From Clostridia bacterium (GTDB lineage: Bacteria > Bacillota > Clostridia > Christensenellales > CAG-138), in the NCBI GenBank assembly GCA_016292635.1, contig JAEDIC010000006.1, positions 12,367 to 76,366 of the forward strand: DNA of 64,000 nt. Reading direction: 5' to 3'. A model generated the notes under the pieces. The model saw only the letters and a list, made by a program, of their open reading frames with translations, did not search any database and had not been told where the DNA came from. How positions within the stretch are numbered: position 1 is the first letter of the stretch; each line of letters starts with the position of its first letter. The position numbers and the translations under genes were made by a program. Of this stretch, positions 19,482 to 29,144 are shown one piece after another.

Positions 19482-20168
19482 TCAATTTTTGACGGAAACT
19501 TTCTCATAAAGAACAAACTTCAGATTCCGATCACAAACCGCCAGAAAAACATCCTGCGGAGAGTAAATACTACGCTGCTTTAGCTGCTTATCCAGCCAGT
19601 TCAAATCCAGCCCCATGCGTTTCAGGTTATCCTCCAGAATGCGGCCATCCATGATTAACTCTGTAAACAACAACTCCTGTTCTGGAGCCAGATTCATGTC
19701 GTTGGGTGTGGCAGGACGCTGACTACTTACCGGAAGAATCGTAAGTTTTCCGTTGTATTCAAAAACAGCAGTTTGGATGTTCGTCAAGTCAAAGTATCCT
19801 TGCTGCCTGCACATAACCATAAACTCGCTCAGATCCAGCCTGGCCTTTTTCAGGTTTTCATAATACAATTTCCCGTGATCCATAAGGATGGTGGGTGTAC
19901 CGTTGAGGTATTTGCGTGTTCTTGGAAATTTGTTGGAAATTATACTCAGCAGCAGAGTTGTGCCTCCGTATATTACCATGGCGGTAAGCGGTTTCCAAGG
20001 TTCCTCTAACTCTGTGGCCATTTCAGCCGCAATGGAGCCAATGGTTATTCCCGTAATGTAATCAAAAAAATCCAACTGAGCAATTTGTTTGTGTCCAATG
20101 AACTTGGCTACCAAAAATAATGCGCCAAATGACCCCAAGGCGGTCAGGCAAAGAGTCAGAAATCTCAT
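19482..20168 (-). CDS. DUF421 (YetF-like) membrane protein
   Basis: MRFLTLCLTALGSFGALFLVAKFIGHKQIAQLDFFDYITGITIGSIAAE is a typical DUF421 N-terminus. Start moved to residue 50 of the track ORF. Confidence 0.75.
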   Translation of the reverse strand: MRFLTLCLTALGSFGALFLVAKFIGHKQIAQLDFFDYITGITIGSIAAEMATELEEPWKPLTAMVIYGGTTLLLSIISNKFPRTRKYLNGTPTILMDHGKLYYENLKKARLDLSEFMVMCRQQGYFDLTNIQTAVFEYNGKLTILPVSSQRPATPNDMNLAPEQELLFTELIMDGRILEDNLKRMGLDLNWLDKQLKQRSIYSPQDVFLAVCDRNLKFVLYEKVSVKN

Positions 20169-20493
20169 ACAGCAATTCCCCCTTTCTCTATATACTGGCC
20201 AAATTTGCGGCAAGCATACGCGAATAGGATACGCAAACGCAAAAATGCCGTTTGCCGCAGCATCCGTGGCCGTAAAATAGTACGGATTGTGGTAAAGCGT
20301 TATATACGATGGCATTCACTTGTTGTATGGATACATTTGATATGATTGAAAACAGACGGAAACGGATAGCGGAAAAGCCGCTTTGAATGGGGCGACAAAG
20401 CGCCCCCAAAGCGGCTTTATATCTGTTTTGAAGTAACCCTATCTGAAATATCTGCGGCAAACCGTTCGCGGCGCGAACGCTCGCAGATAACGC

Positions 20494-20521
20494 AAAAACC
20501 CAGACATTGTCTGGGTTTTTG
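20494..20521 (-). terminator. Hairpin AAAAACCCAGAC-att-GTCTGGGTTTTT, likely the original tRNA-Met terminator
   Basis: Read directly. It lies 38 nt beyond the displaced tRNA 3' half. Confidence 0.65.
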
Positions 20522-20558
20522 GGCTTTTCGATTCAATATTTAAATCGAATCAGCATTA

Positions 20559-20603
20559 TGGTAGCGGCGATCCGACTTGAACGGATGACATTCCGGGTAT
20601 GAA
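20559..20603 (-). repeat. 45-nt duplicate of the 3' half of tRNA-Met (CCA end through anticodon); att-like direct repeat
   Basis: TGGTAGCGGCGATCCGACTTGAACGGATGACATTCCGGGTATGAA matches 22175..22219 at 44 of 45 positions by eye. Confidence 0.85.
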
Positions 20604-21108
20604 GAGATGTGACGAGTGATAAACGGCGATTATCGAGGCTGAAAACCCTTGAAGTACCTGCATTTCCTGTATGACCGTGCTGATGTGTCTGGGATTCAAA
20701 AGTGCTGTTCTGAAATTCATGATGAATGGATGATGAACTGTTTTGAGGGGCATTTTGCTATACAACAGGCGCAGTTTTACAGCGTCAAGCGTGTGCACCG
20801 CTGTGTGGCCTTCAATTCTCTGAACCGGGGGGGTAATGCGATTATTCTGGACTTGAACGCGACACAACACGCGCAGCGCGATTTTCGTGCTGTTTTCTCC
20901 GAAATAATGGAAAATCGGCTCTCAAATAACGCCCGCTTTCAGCCGTTTTTTGGCTCGAAAAGAGAGAAAAAAACTCCGGTGAAAGCCGGGGAAAATATAG
21001 AGCGTTTTCACAGTGAAATTTGAAGAAAGACAACGCTTGACTTTCACAAATAAAAGTTATATAATTCTAACATAATAATAGAAATATATCGCATGTAAGG
21101 AGGAAATT

Positions 21109-21555
21109 ATGAAGAATAAATTAGCTTATCTGGGTTTTCTAGGCTTTCTCGGTATTTTCGGTTTATGGTCGGGTGCGTATGCTTTTGTCCCGTTTGTGTT
21201 GTGCTTTTTTTTCTTTACATATGCAAACATGGAATGCGATGAATTGTTCATCCTAAACTTGCGTCGGGCAGGCTTATGGTCAGCTACGGCAAGCTTAATT
21301 TTACAGGGTATACTCCTGTGCTTTATGGTTTGGCGCAATATGACACAGGCACCAGTGGATATGGAGCTGTCCGCATATGAAACGCTTGTGTTAACGGCTG
21401 CTGCAGGGGATACGGTCACGCTACCTGGCTTCTTCTTTTTAAGCATGCATTTGCTTATTGCTTATTTTAGTATAATTTTTATGTTAAGTTTGTGCATTTT
21501 TATGTTTTCGCTGTTATACTTTTCTAAAAGGGAAAAACGGGCTGTGGAAGAATAA
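21109..21555 (+). CDS. Small polytopic membrane protein (DUF3796-like LGFLGFLG N-terminus)
   Basis: 148 aa with an AGGAGG RBS upstream. The stop is 1 nt before the start of the XRE gene. Confidence 0.6.
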   Translation: MKNKLAYLGFLGFLGIFGLWSGAYAFVPFVLCFFFFTYANMECDELFILNLRRAGLWSATASLILQGILLCFMVWRNMTQAPVDMELSAYETLVLTAAAGDTVTLPGFFFLSMHLLIAYFSIIFMLSLCIFMFSLLYFSKREKRAVEE

Positions 21556-21556
21556 G

Positions 21557-21754
21557 ATGCTGAAAACGAGAATAAAAGAATATAGGGCGCGCTACGGTTT
21601 GAAGCAATCCGAACTAGCGGATCGGGTCGGGGTGCGGCGCGAGACCATCGGCTTTTTGGAAAACGGGAAGTATAACCCATCACTTAAGCTCGCTATGGAC
21701 ATTGCTAAAGTGTTTGAAACGACCGTAGAAGAGTTGTTCCGTTTCGAAGAATAA
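21557..21754 (+). CDS. XRE-family helix-turn-helix transcriptional regulator (65 aa, YozG-like)
   Basis: [44 protein letters not shown] is a canonical HTH_3 sequence. Confidence 0.85.
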   Translation: MLKTRIKEYRARYGLKQSELADRVGVRRETIGFLENGKYNPSLKLAMDIAKVFETTVEELFRFEE

Positions 21755-22145
21755 GAAAAAGAAAGACATAGGGAATAGGGTAGGCAGGAACAGAAAGGGC
21801 AGCAAAACTGCTGTCCTCACTGTCTCTAACGCCACTCACCGCATTCTCCGAATGGATTTTCCGGTCAAGCCGGTACCAACGGTATACTTCAGTTTGCGCG
21901 CAGATACAAGGGAGCCGGGTTCATCATAAACCCCAAACTCAAATCATGTGTCCTGGGGCAATACAGTGGTTGATGATGTGTCTACCCATGCGGCGGGAAG
22001 ATTCATCATTTCGGGAAAGCAAATGATGAACTCCGATTGTAGGAGGATAGGGGCGAGGTGGTTTTCACCCCCTATTCATCATCTCATGATGAACTATGGT
22101 CAAAATCCGCTCAAAATCCACCAATTTTCACATTTTCAAAACGAA

Positions 22146-22172
22146 AAAAGCCCCTAACTTAGGGACTTTTTT
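22146..22172 (-). terminator. Hairpin with flanking A/T runs immediately 3' of tRNA-Met
   Basis: AAAAAAGCCCCTAActtAGGGACTTTTTT, with one mismatch in the stem. Confidence 0.5.
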
Positions 22173-22174
22173 CG

Positions 22175-22251
22175 TGGTAGCGGCGATCCGACTTGAACGG
22201 ATGACACTCCGGGTATGAACCGAATGCTCTAGCCAACTGAGCTACGCCGCC
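22175..22251 (-). tRNA. tRNA-Met (CAT), elongator type, CCA encoded
   Basis: Reverse complement GGCGGCGTAGCTCAGTTGGCTAGAGCATTCGGTTCATACCCGGAGTGTCATCCGTTCAAGTCGGATCGCCGCTACCA folds as a cloverleaf with anticodon CAT. Confidence 0.9.
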
Positions 22252-22254
22252 ATG

Positions 22255-22330
<76 letters not shown>

Positions 22331-22372
22331 CCGTCAACGCAAGGCTTATGATACCATATGAAATCCCTCTCG

Positions 22373-22540
22373 TCAAGGGTTATTTTTCTTTTTATCCTTA
22401 TACCCCGCCAGCATGAATATGCCGCCCGCAATAACAGCTCCAATGGTTATGGCTATAACCAACCCTATGGGCGTCTCCCCTGCATAGGCTATTACATTGA
22501 TATTAAAGCGGCCGATGGCTTCCCCCTCGATTATCAGCAT
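22373..22540 (-). CDS. Possible 55-aa ORF with a C-terminal TM anchor and KDKKKNN tail (could be a surface-protein remnant)
   Basis: Own translation: MLIIEGEAIGRFNINVIAYAGETPIGLVIAITIGAVIAGGIFMLAGYKDKKKNNP. No clear RBS seen. Confidence 0.25.
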   Translation of the reverse strand: MLIIEGEAIGRFNINVIAYAGETPIGLVIAITIGAVIAGGIFMLAGYKDKKKNNP

Positions 22541-22613
22541 GGCAGGCAGAATAATAAGCTCCGCCGATCATACTTGGAACAGGCGCAGTCGCCGGTTGCG
22601 CAACGCCGTCCCT

Positions 22614-23288
22614 TTATGCCCAGGCGAAGTTTTCCTTGCCCGCGGCCAGCTCAAAGTGCAGCTTGGCAATGCCAAGGTCAATATTTGCGTAGGGGCCTAT
22701 GCCCGCCCTCACAAGGACAGCGCTGCTGCCGATTAGCTCAAAGCTGAACGCCTGCTGATTTATTGCGGAGGGCGCAAGCAGGGCCGCCTCAACTCCCGCC
22801 CTGAACCAGGCGGGCAGCTCTCCATTATTTCTGCACACATCCTCAAAGGGCTTTGACTTGCTCTTTACACCCGCTGTCTCTCCTTTGCCTATGGCTATTA
22901 CGCATACGAGCTTTTGCCCGTCCTTAACCGCAGCCCGGCATTTGCGGCGGCTGAACGTGCCCCCAATCCAGCAAGTATTCAGCCCCAGGCTCTGGGCAAG
23001 CAGCACCACCCGCTCTCCGTAGTATCCGCAAAGCTCGTCAAGCTTTGGCCCTTTGGGGCCAACAAGCGCAATATAATTTCGAACGCCGGACAGCATACCG
23101 TATGTGACAAAGAAGCCCTTAAAGGCATCCGGCTGCTCCGTTATAAGCTGCATGGAAAGGCCGCCCTCGGCGTTGCAGCGGGCTATCTCGTCATCCAGAG
23201 CGGCAATGCTTGCCCCGGGTATTGGGTCGGGAAGGTACTTCCGCACGGAATGGCGGTTCTTCATGGCCTGCATATAGTCAAATTCCAT
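22614..23288 (-). CDS. Nitroreductase family protein
   Basis: MKNRHSVRKYLPDPIP is the N-terminal signature, and the 224-aa length is typical. Confidence 0.8.
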   Translation of the reverse strand: MEFDYMQAMKNRHSVRKYLPDPIPGASIAALDDEIARCNAEGGLSMQLITEQPDAFKGFFVTYGMLSGVRNYIALVGPKGPKLDELCGYYGERVVLLAQSLGLNTCWIGGTFSRRKCRAAVKDGQKLVCVIAIGKGETAGVKSKSKPFEDVCRNNGELPAWFRAGVEAALLAPSAINQQAFSFELIGSSAVLVRAGIGPYANIDLGIAKLHFELAAGKENFAWA

Positions 23289-23382
23289 TTTCCCTCCATA
23301 AAAAAATCCGGAGCGAAACCGCCCCGGACTTTCGCTTGTATTTACTTTATAGTGTATCCATATCAGCCGTCAACATGATATT

Positions 23383-25968
23383 TTAATCCGCAACGAACAG
23401 CTTTTCCCCATCGTAATCCACGGTGAACACAGTATCCGGCGCAGGGTCTGTTTCTATTATGCGGCGGGCAAGGAGGGTCTCCAGCTTGCTGGACAGCAGC
23501 CGCTTCAGCGGCCTTGCGCCGTACTGGGGATCGTAACCTGCCTCGGCAATGTACGCCTTTGCCTTATCCGTAAGGATAACATCCAGCCTGCGCTCCGCAA
23601 GGCGCCTCCGTATATCTTCAAGCAGCAGGTCGGTGATGGAGAATATCTCCTCCTCTGTAAGAGGCTTATAGAACACGGTATCGTCTATGCGGTTCAGGAA
23701 TTCCGGGCGGAAGCTCTGCTTAAGCAGCTTTTCCACCTGAGCGCGGGCCCCGTCGGAAATGCGTCCGTTCTCTATGCCTTCCAGTATATAGCTTGAGCCA
23801 AGGTTGCTGGTCATGACTATTACGGTATTCTTAAAGTCCACCGTGCGGCCCTGGGAGTCGGTTATGCGGCCATCATCCAGCACCTGAAGCAAAACGTTAA
23901 ACACATCGGGATGCGCCTTTTCTATCTCGTCAAACAGCACAACGCAATATGGATGCCTGCGAACGGCCTCGGTAAGCTGACCGCCCTCGTCATAGCCCAC
24001 ATAGCCCGGAGGCGCGCCTATAAGACGGGATACGGAGTGCTTCTCCATGTATTCGCTCATGTCTATGCGCACCATGTTGCCCTCGTCGTCGAAGAGGGCT
24101 TCCGCAAGGGCCTTTGCAAGCTCGGTTTTGCCAACGCCGGTGGGACCGAGGAACAGGAAGGAGCCTATGGGCTTATCCGGGTCCTTAAGGCCTGCACGGG
24201 TGCGGAGTATTGCATCGCATACAGTCTGCACAGCCTCGTCCTGGCCTATTACCCGGCGGTGAAGTATGCTATCCAGATGCAGCAGCTTTTCCCGCTCCCC
24301 TTCCATCAGCTTGCTTACGGGTATGCCGGTCCAGCGGCCCACTATGCGGGCTATCTCCTCCTCGGTTATCCTGTCGCGGAGGAGTCCTGAAGCTTTGCCC
24401 TTTTCCATATCCGCCTCGGCCTGCTCCAGCTCTTCACGGAGCTTGGGCAGCTTGCCGTATTTCAGCTCTGCCGCCTTGTTCAGATCGTAATTGCGCTCCG
24501 CCTGCTGCATATCGGCATTCAGCTGCTCTATCTCGGTGCGGAGGGTTTGCACCTTCTTTATGGCGTCCTTTTCGTTTTCCCACTTGGCCTTCAGCCCCGC
24601 AAACTCCTCCCGCTCGGAAGCAAGCTGGCGGCGTATATCCTCAAGGTGCTGAACGGACAGCTTGTCGCTCTCCTTTGTAAGGGCGGCCTCCTCTATTTCA
24701 AGCTGCATTATGTGGCGGCGCTTTTCATCAAGCTCGGTGGGCATACTGTCCATCTCGGTGCGTACCAGCGCGCAGGCCTCATCCACAAGGTCAATGGCCT
24801 TATCCGGCAAAAACCTGTCGCTTATATACCTGTGGGAAAGGGTGGCGGCGGCAATCAGAGCGTTGTCCTGTATCTTTACCCCGTGAAAAACCTCATACCG
24901 CTCCTTAAGGCCCCTAAGTATGCTTATGGTATCCTCAACAGTGGGCTCATCCACCATAACCGGCTGGAACCTTCTGGAAAGGGCCGCGTCCTTCTCGATA
25001 TACTTACGGTATTCGTCCAACGTGGTTGCGCCTATGCAGTGGAGCTCGCCCCTTGCCAGCATGGGCTTAAGAAGATTGCTTGCGTCCATGCTTCCCTCGG
25101 TACGGCCCGCGCCCACGATGTTGTGCAGCTCGTCAATAAAGAGTATTATGCCTCCCTCACTGCGCTTTACTTCGTTCAATACCGCCTTGAGCCGCTCCTC
25201 AAATTCGCCCCGGAACTTTGCCCCCGCGATGAGGGCGCCCATATCAAGAGAGAATATCCTGCGCTCCTTAAGGTTTGCGGGCACGTCTCCGCTGACTATG
25301 CGCTGGGCCAGGCCCTCCGCAATGGCGGTCTTGCCCACGCCGGGCTCGCCTATGAGCACCGGGTTGTTTTTGCTTTTCCTTGAAAGTATGCGTATAACGT
25401 TGCGCACTTCCTCATCACGGCCTATTACGGGGTCAAGCTTTTGCTTTCTCGCAAGCTCCACAAGGTCCTGTGCGTATTTGCCAAGGGCGTCGTATGTGTC
25501 CTCCGGGCTGTCGGTAGTTACCCTTGCACCGCCCCTAACCTCATTCAGAGCCTTTAAAAACTCATCCCGGTTCAGGGCAAAGGTCTTGAACAGCTCTTTC
25601 ATGACGGAGTTTGGCGCTTCCAGTACCCCCAGGAAAAGATGCTCCACCGAGATATATTCATCCTTCATGTGCTCCGCCTGCTGCTCTGCGGAATTGAGGG
25701 CGCGGTCCAGCTCGGCGGTGATGTATATCCTGTCCATCTCCCTGCTGCCGCTCATGCGGGGTATCCGCCCCATCTCCTTTTCAAGGGCGGCGGCAAAGGC
25801 TTCCCTGTCCTTGCCCATGCGGGTGATAAGCTGGCTTATAAGCTCCTGATCAAGCAGGGCGCTCATAAGATGCTGCTGATCTACCTGAGCGTTGCCGTTT
25901 CTCGTGGCAATGTTTTGGGCCTCCTGCACTGCCGCTATGGATTTCTGGGTAAATTTGTTTATGTTCAT
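23383..25968 (-). CDS. clpB: ATP-dependent chaperone ClpB
   Basis: 861 aa. Clp N-domain, two AAA+ modules ([18 protein letters not shown]), and a long coiled-coil middle domain between them. Confidence 0.95.
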   Translation of the reverse strand: MNINKFTQKSIAAVQEAQNIATRNGNAQVDQQHLMSALLDQELISQLITRMGKDREAFAAALEKEMGRIPRMSGSREMDRIYITAELDRALNSAEQQAEHMKDEYISVEHLFLGVLEAPNSVMKELFKTFALNRDEFLKALNEVRGGARVTTDSPEDTYDALGKYAQDLVELARKQKLDPVIGRDEEVRNVIRILSRKSKNNPVLIGEPGVGKTAIAEGLAQRIVSGDVPANLKERRIFSLDMGALIAGAKFRGEFEERLKAVLNEVKRSEGGIILFIDELHNIVGAGRTEGSMDASNLLKPMLARGELHCIGATTLDEYRKYIEKDAALSRRFQPVMVDEPTVEDTISILRGLKERYEVFHGVKIQDNALIAAATLSHRYISDRFLPDKAIDLVDEACALVRTEMDSMPTELDEKRRHIMQLEIEEAALTKESDKLSVQHLEDIRRQLASEREEFAGLKAKWENEKDAIKKVQTLRTEIEQLNADMQQAERNYDLNKAAELKYGKLPKLREELEQAEADMEKGKASGLLRDRITEEEIARIVGRWTGIPVSKLMEGEREKLLHLDSILHRRVIGQDEAVQTVCDAILRTRAGLKDPDKPIGSFLFLGPTGVGKTELAKALAEALFDDEGNMVRIDMSEYMEKHSVSRLIGAPPGYVGYDEGGQLTEAVRRHPYCVVLFDEIEKAHPDVFNVLLQVLDDGRITDSQGRTVDFKNTVIVMTSNLGSSYILEGIENGRISDGARAQVEKLLKQSFRPEFLNRIDDTVFYKPLTEEEIFSITDLLLEDIRRRLAERRLDVILTDKAKAYIAEAGYDPQYGARPLKRLLSSKLETLLARRIIETDPAPDTVFTVDYDGEKLFVAD

Positions 25969-26097
25969 TATGTTCTCCTCCTTCTTTGAGGTGTCGGTCG
26001 AGGTTAGTATGTGTAGATTTTTATTTCGCTTTCAGCGCTTTTAACGCGGCTTCCTCCCGGAAGCAGCGCATCCATTTAACCGAAAGGCAAACTATTG

Positions 26098-26124
26098 TTA
26101 GCACTCTCTCCCTTTGAGTGCTAA
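26098..26124. promoter_or_regulatory. CIRCE operator (HrcA binding site), perfect consensus
   Basis: TTAGCACTC-tctcccttt-GAGTGCTAA, 130 nt upstream of the clpB start. A TATAAT (minus strand) abuts it. Confidence 0.85.
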
Positions 26125-26275
26125 TTATAGAATATTACCGTGACATAAGCATAGTATGAATTTGAAAGAATTGTGAAGAATGGCATATTACCCCTGAAAA
26201 AACAATGCCATGGCAATATGGCTGAATATAATGTATAATATCATTAAATGGTTTTAGAAGGAGGCACAGCGACCA

Positions 26276-26509
26276 ATGAAGATAAAGGACATATCCGAGC
26301 CCGCCCGCTTTTTTGACGCGGTAAACAGCTGCGCCGGCAGGGTGGAGCTGCTAACCGTCGAGGGGGACTGCCTTAACCTTAAATCCCGCCTGTGCCAGTA
26401 TATCGCCCTGACTCAGGTGTTTGAAGACAAACGCATAGAAGGCATAGAGCTTGCCATCAGCGATCCTCAGGATCTCAGTCTGCTGCTTCCCTACATAATC
26501 ACCGAATAG
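26276..26509 (+). CDS. Hypothetical 77-aa protein
   Basis: GGAGG RBS upstream. The stop is 4 nt before the CYTH gene. Confidence 0.5.
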   Translation: MKIKDISEPARFFDAVNSCAGRVELLTVEGDCLNLKSRLCQYIALTQVFEDKRIEGIELAISDPQDLSLLLPYIITE

Positions 26510-26513
26510 CCTC

Positions 26514-27011
26514 ATGAAAGATACTTCGCTTTCCCCGCCCCTAGAGATAGAGCGCAAATACCTTATCCCATATCCGGATACCGCCATGCTGGAGAAGCTG
26601 CCTGGCTGCGTTAGGCTGGATATATCCCAAACCTACCTTAAGGACGGCGCAGGCCGGGCCCGAAAAAGCGTAAGCCGTGAAGGCTGTGTTTACACCCATA
26701 CGGTAAAGCGCAGAATATCCGAGCTTGTACGCGAGGAAACCGAGCGGGAAATATCCCAAGAAGAATATCTTGCCCTCCTGAGGGACGCAGACCCAAATTA
26801 CCGCGCCATAACCAAGACCCGCTTCCGCATACCTTACCGGGGGCATATATTCGAAATAGACATATTCCCCTTCTGGCAGGACAGGGCCGTGGCGGAGGTG
26901 GAGCTCAGCCATGAGGATGAGGAGATAGCTTTCCCGCAATGGCTGAATATTATAAATGAAGTTACATTCGACCCAGGCTATAAGAATACGGAACTGGCAA
27001 GAATAAAGTAA
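26514..27011 (+). CDS. CYTH domain protein (triphosphate tunnel metalloenzyme)
   Basis: LEIERKYLI is the N-terminal ExExK signature, and the 165-aa length fits. Confidence 0.8.
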   Translation: MKDTSLSPPLEIERKYLIPYPDTAMLEKLPGCVRLDISQTYLKDGAGRARKSVSREGCVYTHTVKRRISELVREETEREISQEEYLALLRDADPNYRAITKTRFRIPYRGHIFEIDIFPFWQDRAVAEVELSHEDEEIAFPQWLNIINEVTFDPGYKNTELARIK

Positions 27012-27213
27012 AGAATAAGCCCCGCAATGTGGGGCTTTCTGTCTGCCGAAAAAGTAGCGTTGCGCTGCTTTTTTGAGGATTGCATGGACGGCGATAACCT
27101 TTATATCATGCGGGCTGTATTGTGTGTGGACGTTTTCCCTTACCGTCCTATTCATTTATCCCCCGTATACGCAAAAGCGGCCGATATAAGCCGCTTTTTT
27201 GCTCTTTTTACTT

Positions 27214-27693
27214 TTAATTGCAGTAGGCCACCCTTGGGCTGCCGTCGTATACATATATAACGCCGCAGCGGGTAAAGCCGTGCTTTTTGAGTATATGATG
27301 CATCGGGGCGTTGTCCGCATGGGTGTCGATGCGTATGTTTTTTATCATGCTCCGGCAGAAGTCATAACACAGGGGGAAAAGCCCCTTTTTTCTTCCGTCG
27401 CTGCCTATGCGGTGTATTGTGCCATACGGCTCGGAATTGGGCCACTGACCGTCCTCTATCCGGTCATAGGTGGGATCTTCACCTATTATGAAGGCGAATA
27501 CACAATAAAGCTCATCCTTTTCGCAGCAAACATAGCTTACGCCCTGCTCTATGTCATCCCTTATAAGGCTCTCGGAAGGATAGCCGTTTATCCACTGCTG
27601 CATATTGCCGCCCCGGCGCATGGACTGACGTGCCTCGTCGTATATGCGCATTATCTGCGGGATGTCCCCCGGCTGTGCTTTTCTTATGTACAT
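27214..27693 (-). CDS. GNAT family N-acetyltransferase
   Basis: MYIRKAQPGDIPQIMRIYDEARQ... with C-terminal NAPMHHILKKHGF, a GNAT-like architecture. Confidence 0.75.
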   Translation of the reverse strand: MYIRKAQPGDIPQIMRIYDEARQSMRRGGNMQQWINGYPSESLIRDDIEQGVSYVCCEKDELYCVFAFIIGEDPTYDRIEDGQWPNSEPYGTIHRIGSDGRKKGLFPLCYDFCRSMIKNIRIDTHADNAPMHHILKKHGFTRCGVIYVYDGSPRVAYCN

Positions 27694-27698
27694 ATAAA

Positions 27699-28340
27699 TT
27701 ATGCCCTGTAATCCAGCACGATTATCCTGTCGCTGCCAAGGCTCTCCGGAGTAATGGAGGCCTCGCTCTGACGCATACGATGTATGGCGCAGCCGCTGGC
27801 ATGGTCGAGGAAGGGAGTTACATCATCCAGCTCCGCCTGCACGGCGTCCGTGCGGTAATGCATGGGGATAACCACCTTGGGCCCAAGCATATTGGCAAGG
27901 TCCCTTGCGCCCTGATAGTTTATGGTATACACGCCGCCCACGGGGGCAAGCAGCACATCCACCCGGCCTATGGCCTTTACGGTGGCGGCATCAGGCAGAT
28001 GACCGATGTCCCCCGCATGCATCACACGAAGGCCGTCCATCTCGAACAGATACATTATATTCTGTCCCCTGAGGGCGCCCCGCTCGTCGTCGTGCCAGGT
28101 GGGGAAGCCAATTATCTTTACGCCCTTCACGGTATGCTCGCCGGGCTCATTGATGACCCTGGCGTTTTTCGCAGCGGCAAAGTAGTTATGGTCGTGATGA
28201 GCGTGGCTGGAGGTGACGGCGTCAGCCTTCACTGTGCCTATATCATAGCCGGTGGCGGGATCGCAGGGGTCTGTAAGTATACGGATTCCGTTAGCGTCCG
28301 TAAACAGGAAGCAGGAATGTCCAAGCCATTTTATAGTCAT
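27699..28340 (-). CDS. MBL-fold metallo-hydrolase
   Basis: MTIKWLGHSCFLF plus an SSHAHHDH motif (HxHxDH). Confidence 0.85.
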   Translation of the reverse strand: MTIKWLGHSCFLFTDANGIRILTDPCDPATGYDIGTVKADAVTSSHAHHDHNYFAAAKNARVINEPGEHTVKGVKIIGFPTWHDDERGALRGQNIMYLFEMDGLRVMHAGDIGHLPDAATVKAIGRVDVLLAPVGGVYTINYQGARDLANMLGPKVVIPMHYRTDAVQAELDDVTPFLDHASGCAIHRMRQSEASITPESLGSDRIIVLDYRA

Positions 28341-28354
28341 ATTATTTTAACCTC

Positions 28355-28963
28355 CTATAAGGGATTTAGCGTTAATAATCTGGCGGCGCAGCCGCCGCAA
28401 AAACCGGATGCCTCCCGAAGGGCATCCCGCTCGACGGCGCTCAGCCCATCCGTGGCGCGCATAAGGGTCTCGGCAGCACGCTTTCTTACTGCCTCCCGCT
28501 TTTTGCCGTCAAAGCCCTCCACGCAAAGGCACAGCCATATGCCTTTTTTGTATGGCCCGGGACAGCCCCTGCCTCCCTTTCGCGAAAGCATAAGCATACG
28601 GGCGGCGGCGTAGCTTACCGTGTCCGATGTATCCTCCGGCATATCCGGAGCCGTATAGTTTTTTATTATATGGTCAAGTATTGCGGAATATGCCTCGTCC
28701 GACAGGTGAAAAAGCAGATGACCGCCGGAAGAAGATATGCCCCTGAGCAGCTTATGTCCAAACAGCACAGGCGGGGTTTGTTTTATGATTTGCGAAAGGC
28801 GCTCCTGCCACCAGATTTCATCCGGCCCCGGTCTGAATCCAAGGGGGGCGGATACCTCCCCGCCGGCGCAGTCCATATCGAATATATCTGTATCTGCCTC
28901 CGGCCAAATTTCTGCCACAAGGCGGCACAATTCCTCCCGAATAAGGGAATGTACGCTTTTCAT
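28355..28963 (-). CDS. Hypothetical protein
   Basis: Start set at MKSVHSLIREEL (residue 29 of the track ORF). No motif recognised. Confidence 0.5.
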   Translation of the reverse strand: MKSVHSLIREELCRLVAEIWPEADTDIFDMDCAGGEVSAPLGFRPGPDEIWWQERLSQIIKQTPPVLFGHKLLRGISSSGGHLLFHLSDEAYSAILDHIIKNYTAPDMPEDTSDTVSYAAARMLMLSRKGGRGCPGPYKKGIWLCLCVEGFDGKKREAVRKRAAETLMRATDGLSAVERDALREASGFCGGCAARLLTLNPL

Positions 28964-29081
28964 GCGGGCCGGGCCCCTTTTTGCAAGTAAATTTGTATAA
29001 TATATAAGAGTACGGTGTTTTTCCCATATTGTCAAGGGAAGGCGCAAACTTCGTGTGAAATTTCACAATTTCCTTCCTGCA

Positions 29082-29112
29082 AAAACCGTCCTGTTACAGG
29101 GCGGTTTTTATT
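29082..29112 (-). terminator. Terminator after ypeB (AAAAACCGTCCTG-ttac-AGGGCGGTTTTT)
   Basis: Hairpin with flanking A/T runs, read directly. Confidence 0.7.
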
Positions 29113-29144
29113 CGTACATGGGTCTTTATGAAGGATTGCCGCGG

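Larger units (their letters stand above)
20604..22174. mobile_element. Decayed or cis-mobilisable integrative islet inserted in tRNA-Met (no recombinase gene)
   Basis: Bounded by the 45-nt direct repeats. The interior is AT-richer and holds only two small genes. Both arms carry ATTCATSAT/ATGATGAAC motif clusters. Confidence 0.55.

Noticed and set aside
20649-21023. 124-aa plus-strand ORF inside the tRNA-Met islet arm
   Set aside because: It has no RBS, overlaps an equally long ORF on the other strand, shows no motifs, and covers the repeated arm-motif region. It is probably non-coding att-arm DNA.
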